Of a stretch of DNA of 64,000 nucleotides, positions 10,826-20,353 are shown one piece after another. Within the stretch, counting starts at the first letter, position 1; each line of letters begins with the position of its first letter. This DNA is from Burkholderiales bacterium (GTDB lineage: Bacteria; Pseudomonadota; Gammaproteobacteria; Burkholderiales; SG8-39), in the NCBI GenBank assembly GCA_014860445.1, contig JACZJT010000018.1, forward strand, positions 13,295 through 77,294, given 5' to 3'. The notes beneath the pieces were generated by a model. It had not been told where the DNA came from, did no database searches, and was given only the letters and a program-made list of their open reading frames with translations. Made by a program: the position numbers and the translations under genes.

Positions 10826-12145
10826 CTATCTGAAATTGAGCATCACACTCGGCAGATAGGTGACGACCACGGGGAATGTCATCACGATAATCAGCGTAAG
10901 GCACTGCAGGCCGATAAACGGCGCCACACCCCGGTACATATCACGAATGCTTATTTCTTCCGGCGCCACCGCGCGCAAGTAAAAAATCGCCGGCGCCATC
11001 GGTGGCGTCAGGTACGAAGTCTGAATCATGATCAGGAACAGGATCAGGAACCATACCGAATCGAAACCTGCCGCGACGATCAGGGGGGTGAACAGCGGCA
11101 CGAAAATCAGCACGATCGAAATCCAGTCAAGGAAAAAACCCGCGAGGAAAATGATGAACATCATCAGCGACAGCAGCATCCATGGCGAGAGATGCGCCTT
11201 GCTGATCAGGATATTCGCTGTGTTGATGCCGCCGCCGCCGATGAATACCCCGGTGAACAATGTCCCGGCGAGCAGCACTGTCATGATCATGGCTGTGATC
11301 TTGAGCGTCTTGATCAGCGCCTCGTAGGTGCCGGACAGGGTGAAACGGCCATAGAGCGCGGTCAAGAGTACGGACGAAAGGGCTCCGATCGCCGCAGCCT
11401 CGGTCGGCGAAGCCCAGCCGAGCAGGATGGAGCCAAGTACGGCGAAAATCATGAACAGGGGCGGCAGCAGGTTCCGTGTGGTGATCCACAGCTTTTCCCG
11501 GAGGGTGTAGTCCCCGGGCTCGGGCGGAATGCGCGGTCCCATCGCTGGTTTAACTACGCACAGGGTAAAGATGTAAATCAGGTAGAGCCCGGCCATGATC
11601 AATCCGGGAAACACCATGCCGTAGAGCAGCTCACCCACCGAAACATTGGCAAGCGGCCCGATGACCACCGCGACCACCGAGGGCGGGATGATGGTGCCCA
11701 GCGATCCCCCGGCACAAATGCTGCCCGAGATCAGCGCCTTGTCGTACTTGTAACGCAGCATAACCGGAATCGTGAGCATACCCACCACCGACTCGGTCGC
11801 GCCGATGACACCGCTGGATGCGGCAAAAATGATGCACATGAGGATAGTGGCAATCGCCAGGCCGCCGGGCAGGCGCCGCGTCCAGATGTGGATGGCCTCG
11901 AACAGTTTGTCCGCGATCCCCGATTTTTCCAGCATGGCGCCCATGAAGACGAACAGCGGCACCGCGGCAAATACGAAATTCGATGAAATGTCCTCGATCT
12001 TGTCGATGAACTGGTAAATGACGTTGTCGCCGAAAATCAGCAGGCCGAACAACACGGCCGTGATCATCATCGAAAAAGCGACCTGGATGCCCAGGAATAT
12101 CAGGGCAAACGCCAGCGGCAGCATCAGAAACGGCAGAAAACTCAT
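10826..12145 (-). CDS. TRAP transporter large permease (DctM family)
   Basis: ORF 10826-12250 trimmed to MSFLPFLMLPLAF.. (ATG 12143-12145), which overlaps the DctQ stop by 1 nt (TGATG). Polytopic DctM-like sequence. Confidence 0.9.
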   Translation of the reverse strand: MSFLPFLMLPLAFALIFLGIQVAFSMMITAVLFGLLIFGDNVIYQFIDKIEDISSNFVFAAVPLFVFMGAMLEKSGIADKLFEAIHIWTRRLPGGLAIATILMCIIFAASSGVIGATESVVGMLTIPVMLRYKYDKALISGSICAGGSLGTIIPPSVVAVVIGPLANVSVGELLYGMVFPGLIMAGLYLIYIFTLCVVKPAMGPRIPPEPGDYTLREKLWITTRNLLPPLFMIFAVLGSILLGWASPTEAAAIGALSSVLLTALYGRFTLSGTYEALIKTLKITAMIMTVLLAGTLFTGVFIGGGGINTANILISKAHLSPWMLLSLMMFIIFLAGFFLDWISIVLIFVPLFTPLIVAAGFDSVWFLILFLIMIQTSYLTPPMAPAIFYLRAVAPEEISIRDMYRGVAPFIGLQCLTLIIVMTFPVVVTYLPSVMLNFR

Positions 12146-12645
12146 CAGGCGTGTCCGTACTTGAGTCTGCGCACGCTTTTGATCGCCTCGGCAACTATCT
12201 GCAGCGAAAGCAGCACGAATGCGACCAGGAATACGATGCGATACGGCCACACCGGCAGGTTCAGCGCCGACGATCCGCTGTGTTCATTGCTCTGGTAACC
12301 CGCCACCAGATAAAGATACAACTCGAAAGTAAGCCAGAGCATCAATGGCAGGGTGACTGTGTAGCCGAGGAGATCGATGACCGCGCGGGTGCGCAACGAG
12401 AACTTGCCGCTGAACACGTCGATGCGTATGTGTTCGCCCTCGCGCAGCGTGTAGGCCATGCCGAGCAGGAAATGCGAGCCTGTGAGGAGGTAGCCGACCT
12501 CGTACGCCCAGACGGTCGGCGCGTTCATCGCGTAGCGGGAGAACACTTCATAGCAGGTCGCCAGCACCAGCGGAATCAATGCAAAGGCCGCCAATATGCC
12601 GACACCGCAGGTGATGCGTTCCAGGTTCTTGATGAGCGCATCCAT
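12145..12645 (-). CDS. TRAP transporter small permease (DctQ family)
   Basis: ORF 12145-12711 trimmed to MDALIKNLERITCGVGILAAF.. (ATG 12643-12645). It has about four TM segments and the expected position between the DctP and DctM genes. Confidence 0.82.
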   Translation of the reverse strand: MDALIKNLERITCGVGILAAFALIPLVLATCYEVFSRYAMNAPTVWAYEVGYLLTGSHFLLGMAYTLREGEHIRIDVFSGKFSLRTRAVIDLLGYTVTLPLMLWLTFELYLYLVAGYQSNEHSGSSALNLPVWPYRIVFLVAFVLLSLQIVAEAIKSVRRLKYGHA

Positions 12646-12750
12646 TGCGCGGTTCCCCCTACGCGTAACAGCCAACGCCCGGCGTGGCGATGCCCGTTCG
12701 GACTGAGGCAATCGCGGCGCGCATCGGGCAATAGTGATTCACGGACCAAC

Positions 12751-12782
12751 CCAAAAAAAGATGGGGTGCCCGCGCACCCCAT
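12751..12782 (-). terminator. Hairpin plus T-run between the TRAP receptor and permease genes (partial terminator or mRNA stabiliser)
   Basis: On the minus strand, ATGGGGTGC-GCGG-GCACCCCAT is followed by CTTTTTTTGG. It sits in the 155-nt gap after the dctP-type stop (12801). Confidence 0.5.
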
Positions 12783-12800
12783 CGATGAGGCACAAGCCGG

Positions 12801-13862
12801 TCAGTTCCTAACCTTGACCGTGCGCCAGGCAGATGCGCCTTTCCACAGCGCGTCCATTTCCCGCTGGCTCTTCAATACCTTGGCAAACCAGGGGAACTTA
12901 CCTTCCTTGGAGATCTTGTCCGCCCATTTCTCGCCGATCTCGCGCCCTGCGTACTGCACTTCGGGCGAAAGCTCGATAAGCGTGTTGCCGGCTTTTTTGT
13001 AAAAGTCCAGCGCCTTGGCATCTTCCACCCCGACCTTCATCCAGAAGTCGAGCGTGACCAGTCTGGCCGTGGTTTCTACCAACTTCTTGTCCGCGTCCGA
13101 CAGTTTCGCCCAGGCTTCCTTGTTGATCACCAGTTCGAACGGCGCGGTAGGCTGGTGCACACCCGGATAGATGATGTACTTGGCGATCTTATGAAAGCCC
13201 ATGGAGATATTCTCGTACATCGTGCCCCATTCCGTGGCGTCGATGGCGCCGCGCTCGAGCATCGGATAGACCTCGCCGCCCGGAGTCGTCACCGGCGCAG
13301 CGCCAAGGTCCTTTGCCATTTCCAGCCAAGCCCCGGCAGTACGCATTTTCAGGCCCTTCAGATCGGCCAGCGTCTTGACCGGCTTTCTCGAATGCAGGAA
13401 GGCTTCGGCCGTGCGCGCGCCCAGGGGGAACGATATTACGCCCGCGGTTTCCTCGCGGAACTGGCGCTGCATTTCGACACCGCCATCCTCGTACAACCAG
13501 TGCAGCATGCGCTCGGTGTCGAACGATCCCGCATAGCCACCGAACAGCACCGTGGTCGGGTCCTTGCCCCAGTCGTAACCCATCCAGGTATGCCCCATTT
13601 CGGCGATACCGTTCTTGACTGTTTCCGGCACTTTCAGCGCGTTGCCCAGCGCGCCACCCGGGAACACCTGAATCTTGAAGCGCCCGCCCGAGAGTTCGCC
13701 CATTTTTTGGGCAAAGGCTTTGGCGCCGAGGTCCATCAACGGACCGCCGCCCCAGCCGGTGGCCATTTTCCAATTGTAGGTCGCGCCCTGCGCGCTTACG
13801 CCGGTCGATATCGCCAGCGCCACTGCTGCAGCGCCGATTTTAAAGAAATCACGTTTTTTCAT
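12801..13862 (-). CDS. TRAP transporter solute-binding protein, DctP family
   Basis: ORF trimmed to MKKRDFFKIGAAAVALAISTGVSAQG.. (ATG 13860-13862, AGGAGGAGAG upstream). The mature part begins ATYNWKMATGWGGGP..RFKIQVFPGGALG.., typical of the mannitol/chloroaromatic-type TRAP receptors. Confidence 0.9.
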   Translation of the reverse strand: MKKRDFFKIGAAAVALAISTGVSAQGATYNWKMATGWGGGPLMDLGAKAFAQKMGELSGGRFKIQVFPGGALGNALKVPETVKNGIAEMGHTWMGYDWGKDPTTVLFGGYAGSFDTERMLHWLYEDGGVEMQRQFREETAGVISFPLGARTAEAFLHSRKPVKTLADLKGLKMRTAGAWLEMAKDLGAAPVTTPGGEVYPMLERGAIDATEWGTMYENISMGFHKIAKYIIYPGVHQPTAPFELVINKEAWAKLSDADKKLVETTARLVTLDFWMKVGVEDAKALDFYKKAGNTLIELSPEVQYAGREIGEKWADKISKEGKFPWFAKVLKSQREMDALWKGASAWRTVKVRN

Positions 13863-13949
13863 TTCTCTCCTCCTAGTGGATTGATACTGCACAATCTGGC
13901 TGCTTTGCTGCTAGTTTATTGCACTACCCATTCGCCCGCAGTGATTCTG

Positions 13950-13959
13950 TGATATATCA
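13950..13959. promoter_or_regulatory. Palindromic candidate operator TGATATATCA (site 2)
   Basis: Perfect copy of the 10-bp palindrome, 88 nt upstream of the dctP-type ATG (13862). This is the head of the long minus-strand operon 13862->2607. Confidence 0.5.
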
Positions 13960-14067
13960 TCCATATGTCTGACGCATCGTACGCGCCCATTGCCGGATTT
14001 TCAAGCCGCGCCGGAAAATTTCATTGAATACCCGAACGCGATCGAACGCGTCCCTGCGTGGCCACTA

Positions 14068-15987
14068 TCAGATCGCTGCTGCTAGCATCAGGCGCTTTGC
14101 CAGTTCTACCGCCTCGCCCGCATCGCCCGCATAACCGTCCGCGCCGATGTCGTGCGCAAATTTTTCATTTACTGCCGCGCCGCCTACGATGATCTTTACC
14201 CCGTCTCGCAGACCGCTTGCCGCAAGCGCCTGGATCACTTTCTGCATTTCTGTCATGGTCGTCGTCAGCAATGCGGATAAACCCACGATGTCCGGTTTGT
14301 ATTCCGCCACCGCCTTGACGAACGCCTCGGCCGGAAGATTGATCCCCAGATCCTTCACCTCGAAGCCCACGCCGCGCAACATGGTAACCACCATGTTCTT
14401 GCCGATGTCGTGAAAATCGCCCCTCACCGTGCCGACCAGGGCCTTGCCGCTGATCTCGCGCTTGCCTGCAGCCAGATGCGGCTCCAGAACCTTTAGTCCC
14501 TCGTTCATCGCCCTGGCCGAGAGCAGCACCTGCGGAATGAACAATTCGCCGCTGCCGAATTTGACGCCTATGGCCTGCATCGTATCCAGCATCCCGTGAT
14601 CGAGTATCTGTTTCGCGCTGAGGTTCCGGTCCAGCAGGGTCTGGACGTGGGCACCGATTTCCCTGTGCTTGCCTTTGACCACGGCATCGCGCACCAGGCT
14701 GTAGTCCGCGTCCGGCGCGCCCTGCGGCTTCACCCTGGCCGCGGCTTCTTCCACCTGTGCTGACGACAGCGGACGCGCCGCCCCAGCTTCGAGCGGCAGC
14801 CGCGCCTCTTTTTCGACGCGCTCGCCTATGCGGATGAGCCGCTCGAATACCGCGTTCGGCGGCGTGGTGTCGGCTATACCGAGGACAAAGCGCTTGCCCG
14901 GTGCGATCACCTTGAACAGGTGGTCCAGATACGCTTCGAACTCTGCATCCGTGGCCGATTCGGCCAGGATCATATTGGAGGGAATGCCGCCGAAGATCGT
15001 TAGCTTGTCGCCCCAGCGCTGGTAATATTCTTCGATCTTCACCTTCGTCATCGGATAGGGACAGATTGCCTCGGCCACGTGCATGCCCGAGTCGCGGATC
15101 AGGTCCATCAGCCCGAAGTTCTCGCCGTCGCAGTGCACCAGGGCGACTTTGCCTTTTTCGCCCAGGGCTGCCGAGGCCTTGCGCACCCAAGGGGTGATCT
15201 CTTTCTCGAAATATTCCGGGTAGGTGATCATGTCATCGACGTTGGCGCCCCACAAAACCAGTTCCGCGGGCGAATCGGCGATGATCTTTAGGCCTTGCTC
15301 GAAGAAATTCGCGACGCTGCCAGCCAGCGCGCGCATTTCCTTCTGGCAGTCGTTGTAATGGAAGTAGAAATCGGTCGCGTCCAGGAACTCCTTCTGGATG
15401 TGATGCATGGGCGAACACGCCAGCCCGATCATGGTACCCGGCACACCGTCGTCGCCGACATATTTCTGCCACGCCTGAAAGCGCTCGTAGCTCGGGAAAA
15501 GCTCGATGTTCTCGAACAGGTAGCCCACGACCTTGTAGTCTTCGGGCCGCTTGATCACGTGCTCCTCGATCCAGGTGATCGAAGCGCCGGCCCGCCGCAT
15601 TTCGTCGGAGTACATGGTCTTGGTACTGACGCTGCCCACCGGCGTATGGTAGAGCACGGTCGTGTAGTCACCTTCGCGGCGCACCTCGATGTCGATGGTG
15701 GGCGCGAATTTGAAATCGAACGCCATTTCTTTCAAGCGGTACAGCCCGAGGGCGCGGTGCAGGGTGTCCTCCGGGTTGTCGACCTTGAGAAACTCGGGCA
15801 CGATCTTGTGCAGTGCCCAACCCTGCGCGCGCGAGATCTCGTCCTGGGTCCGGCCCTTGTGCTGCGCCGGCAGGGTGTCGAAGGCGACGTTGGCGTTGTA
15901 CCAGAGATCGATACGCGGCACATAGGGGAGCGTGTCCGGCATCTCCCCTTTCAGCGCCATCAGAATTCTTTGCTTGTGGCTAGGCAT
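14068..15987 (-). CDS. Fusion protein: URO-D-family methyltransferase domain plus B12-binding domain (CmuA-type architecture), paralogue 2
   Basis: ORF 14068-15993. The second ATG (15987; MPSHKQRILMALKGE) aligns with the MYTHKSRMLAAFRGE start of paralogue 1 and follows GAGGAA. It is colinear with 7874-9811, at roughly two-thirds identity by eye. GDFHDIG at 14401-14421, SALLTTTM and IVGGAA are present. The URO-D part carries ..LVHCDGENFG.. and ..ICPYPM... Confidence 0.85.
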   Translation of the reverse strand: MPSHKQRILMALKGEMPDTLPYVPRIDLWYNANVAFDTLPAQHKGRTQDEISRAQGWALHKIVPEFLKVDNPEDTLHRALGLYRLKEMAFDFKFAPTIDIEVRREGDYTTVLYHTPVGSVSTKTMYSDEMRRAGASITWIEEHVIKRPEDYKVVGYLFENIELFPSYERFQAWQKYVGDDGVPGTMIGLACSPMHHIQKEFLDATDFYFHYNDCQKEMRALAGSVANFFEQGLKIIADSPAELVLWGANVDDMITYPEYFEKEITPWVRKASAALGEKGKVALVHCDGENFGLMDLIRDSGMHVAEAICPYPMTKVKIEEYYQRWGDKLTIFGGIPSNMILAESATDAEFEAYLDHLFKVIAPGKRFVLGIADTTPPNAVFERLIRIGERVEKEARLPLEAGAARPLSSAQVEEAAARVKPQGAPDADYSLVRDAVVKGKHREIGAHVQTLLDRNLSAKQILDHGMLDTMQAIGVKFGSGELFIPQVLLSARAMNEGLKVLEPHLAAGKREISGKALVGTVRGDFHDIGKNMVVTMLRGVGFEVKDLGINLPAEAFVKAVAEYKPDIVGLSALLTTTMTEMQKVIQALAASGLRDGVKIIVGGAAVNEKFAHDIGADGYAGDAGEAVELAKRLMLAAAI

Positions 15988-16133
15988 GTGCATTCCTCGA
16001 TTTTCGTCGCTGGCTGCTCAATCGGCAGTCATGTAACCCTGCCCGGGACTGCTTCCGCGCCGCGTAACATACCAGTAATACGCACGATGCCGATTTGATG
16101 TGCATCAAAGTGCCTCGAGGAAGTCGGCCGGGC

Positions 16134-16898
16134 TCAGACCGCTTGCTGCGATAGGGGTTTCAGCGTGTGTCTGGCGATCGCCTGCTTGAGTTCGGGCTTG
16201 ATGTGCGATTCGTCGTAGCCGTTAAATACGTGCCCTATCAGCCCGCGCTTCAGGTCGCTCGTGCCCATCAGCCAGTCGGCAATGGGAAAAGTCAGGTTCA
16301 TATTGATGTCCATCATTATGCCCTGGTTGTGGTGCGCGGTATGGTGGCGGCGGATGGTGTTGACGAACGGCATGTTGCGCACGAACCAGTTTTCGTGGAC
16401 ATGGCAGCAGTAGTGGAAAGTCTCGTAGATCAGGTACTGGCCGACCATGGTGATGAGCAGGATGTAGCCGGCGTTGGCGTTGACCAGCCAGCCAAGCGCA
16501 AACGCGAACGGCGTACCAAGCGCGATGAACGTAAACAGGGCGCGCCAGGGGAAGAAAATGATGCGAAACTCGCGCGTCGAATCCACCGTCATCACCCCGT
16601 CGGTGAAGTATTGATGGTGCTGCCGCGTATGTCGGTCGTAGATCGCCCGCAACGCCCACACGTCGATCAGCCGGTGCATGACGTACTTGTGGATCCACCA
16701 TTCGAACAGGTTGGAGAAAGCGAACACCGGCACCACCAGCAGCCATTCCCAGGCGGCGCCCTGCAGGCGCGACACGCAAAAGGCGATGACGGCGAGACCG
16801 ACCGTGTACATCACCCCGATGTGCACGATGCCGCTATACAGAGGATGGATCTCGGCGATGTATTGCTCGCGAAATTGCTTCTGGCGTTCTGACATCAT
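16134..16898 (-). CDS. Fatty acid hydroxylase/sterol desaturase superfamily membrane di-iron oxygenase
   Basis: 254 aa with GAGGAGG upstream. Histidine boxes HKYVMH, HTRQHHQY, HYCCHVH and HHTAHH lie among hydrophobic segments. Confidence 0.8.
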   Translation of the reverse strand: MMSERQKQFREQYIAEIHPLYSGIVHIGVMYTVGLAVIAFCVSRLQGAAWEWLLVVPVFAFSNLFEWWIHKYVMHRLIDVWALRAIYDRHTRQHHQYFTDGVMTVDSTREFRIIFFPWRALFTFIALGTPFAFALGWLVNANAGYILLITMVGQYLIYETFHYCCHVHENWFVRNMPFVNTIRRHHTAHHNQGIMMDINMNLTFPIADWLMGTSDLKRGLIGHVFNGYDESHIKPELKQAIARHTLKPLSQQAV

Positions 16899-16955
16899 GA
16901 TGTGCCTCCTCTTCTGTGCGCCCCCGATCTATGCCGGAAGCGTGTGCTGAACGAC

Positions 16956-16965
16956 TGATATATCA
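16956..16965. promoter_or_regulatory. Palindromic candidate operator TGATATATCA (site 3)
   Basis: CTGATATATCAG is a perfect 12-bp palindrome (16955-16966) in the context ACGACTGATATATCAGC. It lies 58 nt upstream of the hydroxylase ATG (16898). Confidence 0.5.
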
Positions 16966-17025
16966 GCTATATATTTGCCGATATTACCCGCGACGCAGGG
17001 ATATTTCAAGCTGTTCGGACACGCC

Positions 17026-18405
17026 TTATGCAATGACCCGGACGCGGGCAGGGGCGACGCCCAGCCCGGCGCCGTCGCGATTCAGCAGGTCGCGCACTGC
17101 CGCGCCGTCAATTTGCCGCGGTGCGAGCTTTTCCCGGAGCGCCAGCGCCGCTGCGTGGCCGATGGCGTGGCCGTAGGAAAAACACTGCGCGGTGACCCGC
17201 GCAGAGGCCATCGCCTCATGCTCGGCGGACAGGCAGCGGCCCGCCGCGAGCAGCGATTCGCCACGCGCGGGCACGAAGCATTCGTAAGGAATTTCGTAGT
17301 AATCGTCGATCAGCCATGAAAGGCGCGGCCTCGCCCCTGCGTGCAACTCGATCGGCCAGGCGGAGCGTGCAATGCCGGTGGCGAACTTTGTGCCGTGCAT
17401 TACGTCGTGGTTTGCCAGCACCGCCGTTCCCGCGATCTGGCGCGACTGGCGCACGCCTACCTGCACACCGGTGTCGTTCACCCAGCTGCGTTCGCAACCT
17501 TGAAGGTGGTCGCGGAAAAAACGCGCATATTCGGATACCTGCTTGCGACCCTCGATTTCCGCCTCGGTAAAGTCGCGTACCAAAATACTATTCAGTTCGC
17601 GCCCGTCTGCACCGGTGATGCGCGTGCAGTTGCACAGCAGTTCGCCCTCGCGCGGCGACGGGAACAGGAAGATCTTGGCGCGAGGCAACCGGTAGCGGCC
17701 CGCGGCATTCAAATCGACGATCTGCTTCGACACGGCCTCGCCTAGGATGGTGTCCGGCCCGTAGGCGGCGGTAAAGCGCGCTACATCCACGCCCTGGATG
17801 CGAAAAATCATGGTTGGATTCTGCACGGTGCCGTCGTGGCCGATGCGCGTCGCAAACCCGGCCATCGCGGCGAGGTCGGCGTCGCCGCTCGCATCCACTG
17901 TGAGCCCGGCTTCGATCTGGAATTTTCCTTGTTTGGTGAACGCCTGCACCCCGGCGACGCGCTCTCCGCCCTCGAGCAGCACTTCCGTAGCAAGCGTATG
18001 GAACAGTACCGTCACCCCGGCGTCGGCGAGCATGGCATCGGCAACGTTGCGCCATGCAAGCGGGTCGTGTACCAGACTGTAGGTCTTGCCGTAGCGCACC
18101 GGGGGAGTAAGGCCGCCGCAGGCGCTCATGCGTTGCGCAAATTCGGCCGCAAAGCCATGCACCAGCTGATCGGGGTTCGCGCCGGGGATATCACTTGCCA
18201 TATACATTCCGCAAATGGTTCCTGACATACCGGCGACGGCGCCGCCACCGCAGAACCCGTAGCGTTCGAGCAACGTGACCTTGACGCCCTGGCGCGCCGC
18301 GGTGATTGCCGCGGCCACCCCTGCAGCGCCACCGCCCACGACGAGCACGTCCGTGCCGATGCGCTCCCGCGGGCGCAGGTCGGTGATGGTGCTGTTCGAA
18401 TTCAT
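17026..18405 (-). CDS. FAD-dependent oxidoreductase
   Basis: 459 aa with AGGAGG upstream. N-terminal dinucleotide fold DVLVVGGGAAGVAAAITAARQG.KVTLLER. Confidence 0.8.
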   Translation of the reverse strand: MNSNSTITDLRPRERIGTDVLVVGGGAAGVAAAITAARQGVKVTLLERYGFCGGGAVAGMSGTICGMYMASDIPGANPDQLVHGFAAEFAQRMSACGGLTPPVRYGKTYSLVHDPLAWRNVADAMLADAGVTVLFHTLATEVLLEGGERVAGVQAFTKQGKFQIEAGLTVDASGDADLAAMAGFATRIGHDGTVQNPTMIFRIQGVDVARFTAAYGPDTILGEAVSKQIVDLNAAGRYRLPRAKIFLFPSPREGELLCNCTRITGADGRELNSILVRDFTEAEIEGRKQVSEYARFFRDHLQGCERSWVNDTGVQVGVRQSRQIAGTAVLANHDVMHGTKFATGIARSAWPIELHAGARPRLSWLIDDYYEIPYECFVPARGESLLAAGRCLSAEHEAMASARVTAQCFSYGHAIGHAAALALREKLAPRQIDGAAVRDLLNRDGAGLGVAPARVRVIA

Positions 18406-18563
18406 TTAGCCTCCTGCTGCACTCAGGGCGCACCTACCGGATTCTGGGCAAGGCGGTACATTGGTTCGACATCCGCGATGTCGTTCGTCGCTTGGCGGTT
18501 TCAAGTCAAAGCGATTCATGCGGGAACGAACGGGTCGCGCGCATTTCTCTGCTTTCACGCCAC

Positions 18564-19259
18564 TTAGAAATCCGCCATCACCGTATCGCGGGTGAATTTC
18601 GCGACGGTATCGATCAGTTTGTCCATCGCCTTGCCCGCCCCCGCCGGGTCGCCGGCGCCGATGGCGCGCGCGATGTCCGCGTGTAACTTGGCGGTGAGCG
18701 GCAGGTCCGCCGCCTGTTTGTAATGGATGTACCAGAAGCGCCGCGACAGCGAGTGCATCAAACTCATGGCACCAGCGGCGAATTCGTTTCGCGCCGCCTT
18801 GACCGAGAACTCGTTGAACTCGCGATCGACGCGCATGAACGCAACATCATCGTTGGTCTTGGCGCTCTTTTCGAATTCGCGCGCAAGTTCGAGGAAGCGC
18901 GTGCGCTCCTCGGCGTTTGCGCGGCGGGCAGCGCTTCTCGCCACCAAGCGCTCCACCTCGCGCCGGACTTCCAGCAGACGCAACTGGCTCTTGATGTTGA
19001 TCTCCGAAACGATGATGCCGCGCCGCGGCAGAATGGTGACCAGGCGCTCGCGCGCGAGGCGCTGCAAAGCCTCGCGTATGGGCGTGCGCCCGATTCCGAG
19101 GCTCTGCGACAGCGCAGTCTCGGACACCGCGCTGCCCGGCAGCAGCGTCAGGGTGACGATCATCTCCTCCAGATCGCGGTAGGCGCGATCAGTGAGCGAA
19201 AGGCCGGCGCCCTTCGTTGTGCGCGCGGGCTTCGTTGCGGTTTTTTTACGCGCGCTCAC
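18564..19259 (-). CDS. GntR family transcriptional regulator (FadR/FCD-type C-terminal domain)
   Basis: 231 aa. The winged-HTH segment ..LPGSAVSETALSQSLGIGRTPIREALQRLARERLV.. is followed by an all-helical effector domain. Its start overlaps the PanB-like stop by 4 nt. Confidence 0.88.
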   Translation of the reverse strand: MSARKKTATKPARTTKGAGLSLTDRAYRDLEEMIVTLTLLPGSAVSETALSQSLGIGRTPIREALQRLARERLVTILPRRGIIVSEINIKSQLRLLEVRREVERLVARSAARRANAEERTRFLELAREFEKSAKTNDDVAFMRVDREFNEFSVKAARNEFAAGAMSLMHSLSRRFWYIHYKQAADLPLTAKLHADIARAIGAGDPAGAGKAMDKLIDTVAKFTRDTVMADF

Positions 19260-20137
19260 TGGTGCTTGCGCTTTTCGATCAGGTCGAGGAATTTTTCATA
19301 CTCCTTTTGGTCCACACCGTAGCTGTGGTCATCGTCCGGGAATGTGCCACCTTTGACGTCTGCAATATAGGCCTTGATGCCGTTGACCGCCACTTCGGTC
19401 AGATTGGCGTAACGCTTGGTGAACTTCGGCTTGAAATCGGTGAACACGCCCAGCAGATCGTGGCACAGCAATATCTGGCCGTCGGTGCCGACGCCGGCGC
19501 CTATGCCTATGGTGGGAATTTCAAGCTGCTGCGAGATCGCCGCCGCGATCTTGGCCGGCACCGCCTCGAACTCGAGCATGAAACAGCCCGCGTCTTGGAT
19601 CGCAAGCGCATCGCCGAGGATTTTCATCGCCGCCTCTGCGCTGCGCCCCTGGATCCTGAAGCCGCCGAACATGGCTATGGTATGCGGTGTGAGGCCGATA
19701 TGCGAGGCGGTGGGAATGCCCGCGTCCACCAGCGCTTTGAGTATGTGCGCCTGGGACTTTCCGCCCTGCGGTTTGACCGCGTCGCTACCGGCCTCCTGCA
19801 TGAAGCGCGTCGCGTTGGTAAGCGCCCGGTCCACAGTATTGTAGCTCTGGTAGGGCATGCATCCGAGCACGAAGGTCGCGGGCGCACCGCGGCGGATGGC
19901 GGCGGCGTGCATGACCATCATGTCCATGGTCGCCGGGATCGTGTTGGGGTGGCCGTGCGCGATCATCGCAAGGCTGTCGCCGACCACGGCAACGTCGACC
20001 CCCGCCGTTTCGGCCCACTTGGCGGCGGTGTAGTCGGGCACCGACATGTACACCATCTTCTCGCCGCTGGTCTTGGAATCGCGGATTTCCTGGATTGTGC
20101 GCTTTTTCCGCTCTGCGCTTGCCGCTGCCTGTGCCAA
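19256..20137 (-). CDS. PanB (ketopantoate hydroxymethyltransferase) family protein, paralogue 2
   Basis: 293 aa. TTG start at 20135-20137, 5 nt after AGGAGG. Sequence ..DYTAAKWAETAGVDVAVVGDSLAMIAHGHPNTIPATMDMMVMHAAAIRRGAP..MPYQSY.. is colinear with 1697-2560. Confidence 0.85.
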   Translation of the reverse strand: MAQAAASAERKKRTIQEIRDSKTSGEKMVYMSVPDYTAAKWAETAGVDVAVVGDSLAMIAHGHPNTIPATMDMMVMHAAAIRRGAPATFVLGCMPYQSYNTVDRALTNATRFMQEAGSDAVKPQGGKSQAHILKALVDAGIPTASHIGLTPHTIAMFGGFRIQGRSAEAAMKILGDALAIQDAGCFMLEFEAVPAKIAAAISQQLEIPTIGIGAGVGTDGQILLCHDLLGVFTDFKPKFTKRYANLTEVAVNGIKAYIADVKGGTFPDDDHSYGVDQKEYEKFLDLIEKRKHQ

Positions 20138-20286
20138 TTTGACCTCCTAGGCTGAGTCTGATATGCAGACAGTATATCAATTGTCTGTCCAGCCGGGCGG
20201 CCGCTCGCCTCGTTATAGGCAGTTTCCGCTGCTCCTGCGCGCCGCGCTTGTTTTGTGTGATTTGATCCAGATCAAATGCATGCCTC

Positions 20287-20303
20287 ATATATCACTGATA
20301 TAT
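20287..20303. promoter_or_regulatory. 17-bp perfect palindrome ATATATCACTGATATAT containing two overlapping near-copies of the TGATATATCA operator (site 4)
   Basis: TCATATATCA (20285-20294) and TGATATATTA (20296-20305) each differ from the consensus by one base. The site lies 51-67 nt upstream of the corrinoid-protein ATG (20354). A weaker half-site region (TGATATGCAGACAGTATATCAA, 20159-20180) sits just upstream of the divergent PanB-like/GntR unit. Confidence 0.5.
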
Positions 20304-20353
20304 TATGTGCTTGTCCAAAGATTCAGACGGGCGAAAACCAGGGAGACACGACG

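Noticed and set aside
20138-20353. Possible cobalamin riboswitch in front of the corrinoid operon (and other cluster 5' regions)
   Set aside because: No B12-box-like element (..AGYCMGGAGACCKGCC-like / GCCACTG) is visible. The region is instead dominated by AT-rich palindromes that look like protein operators.
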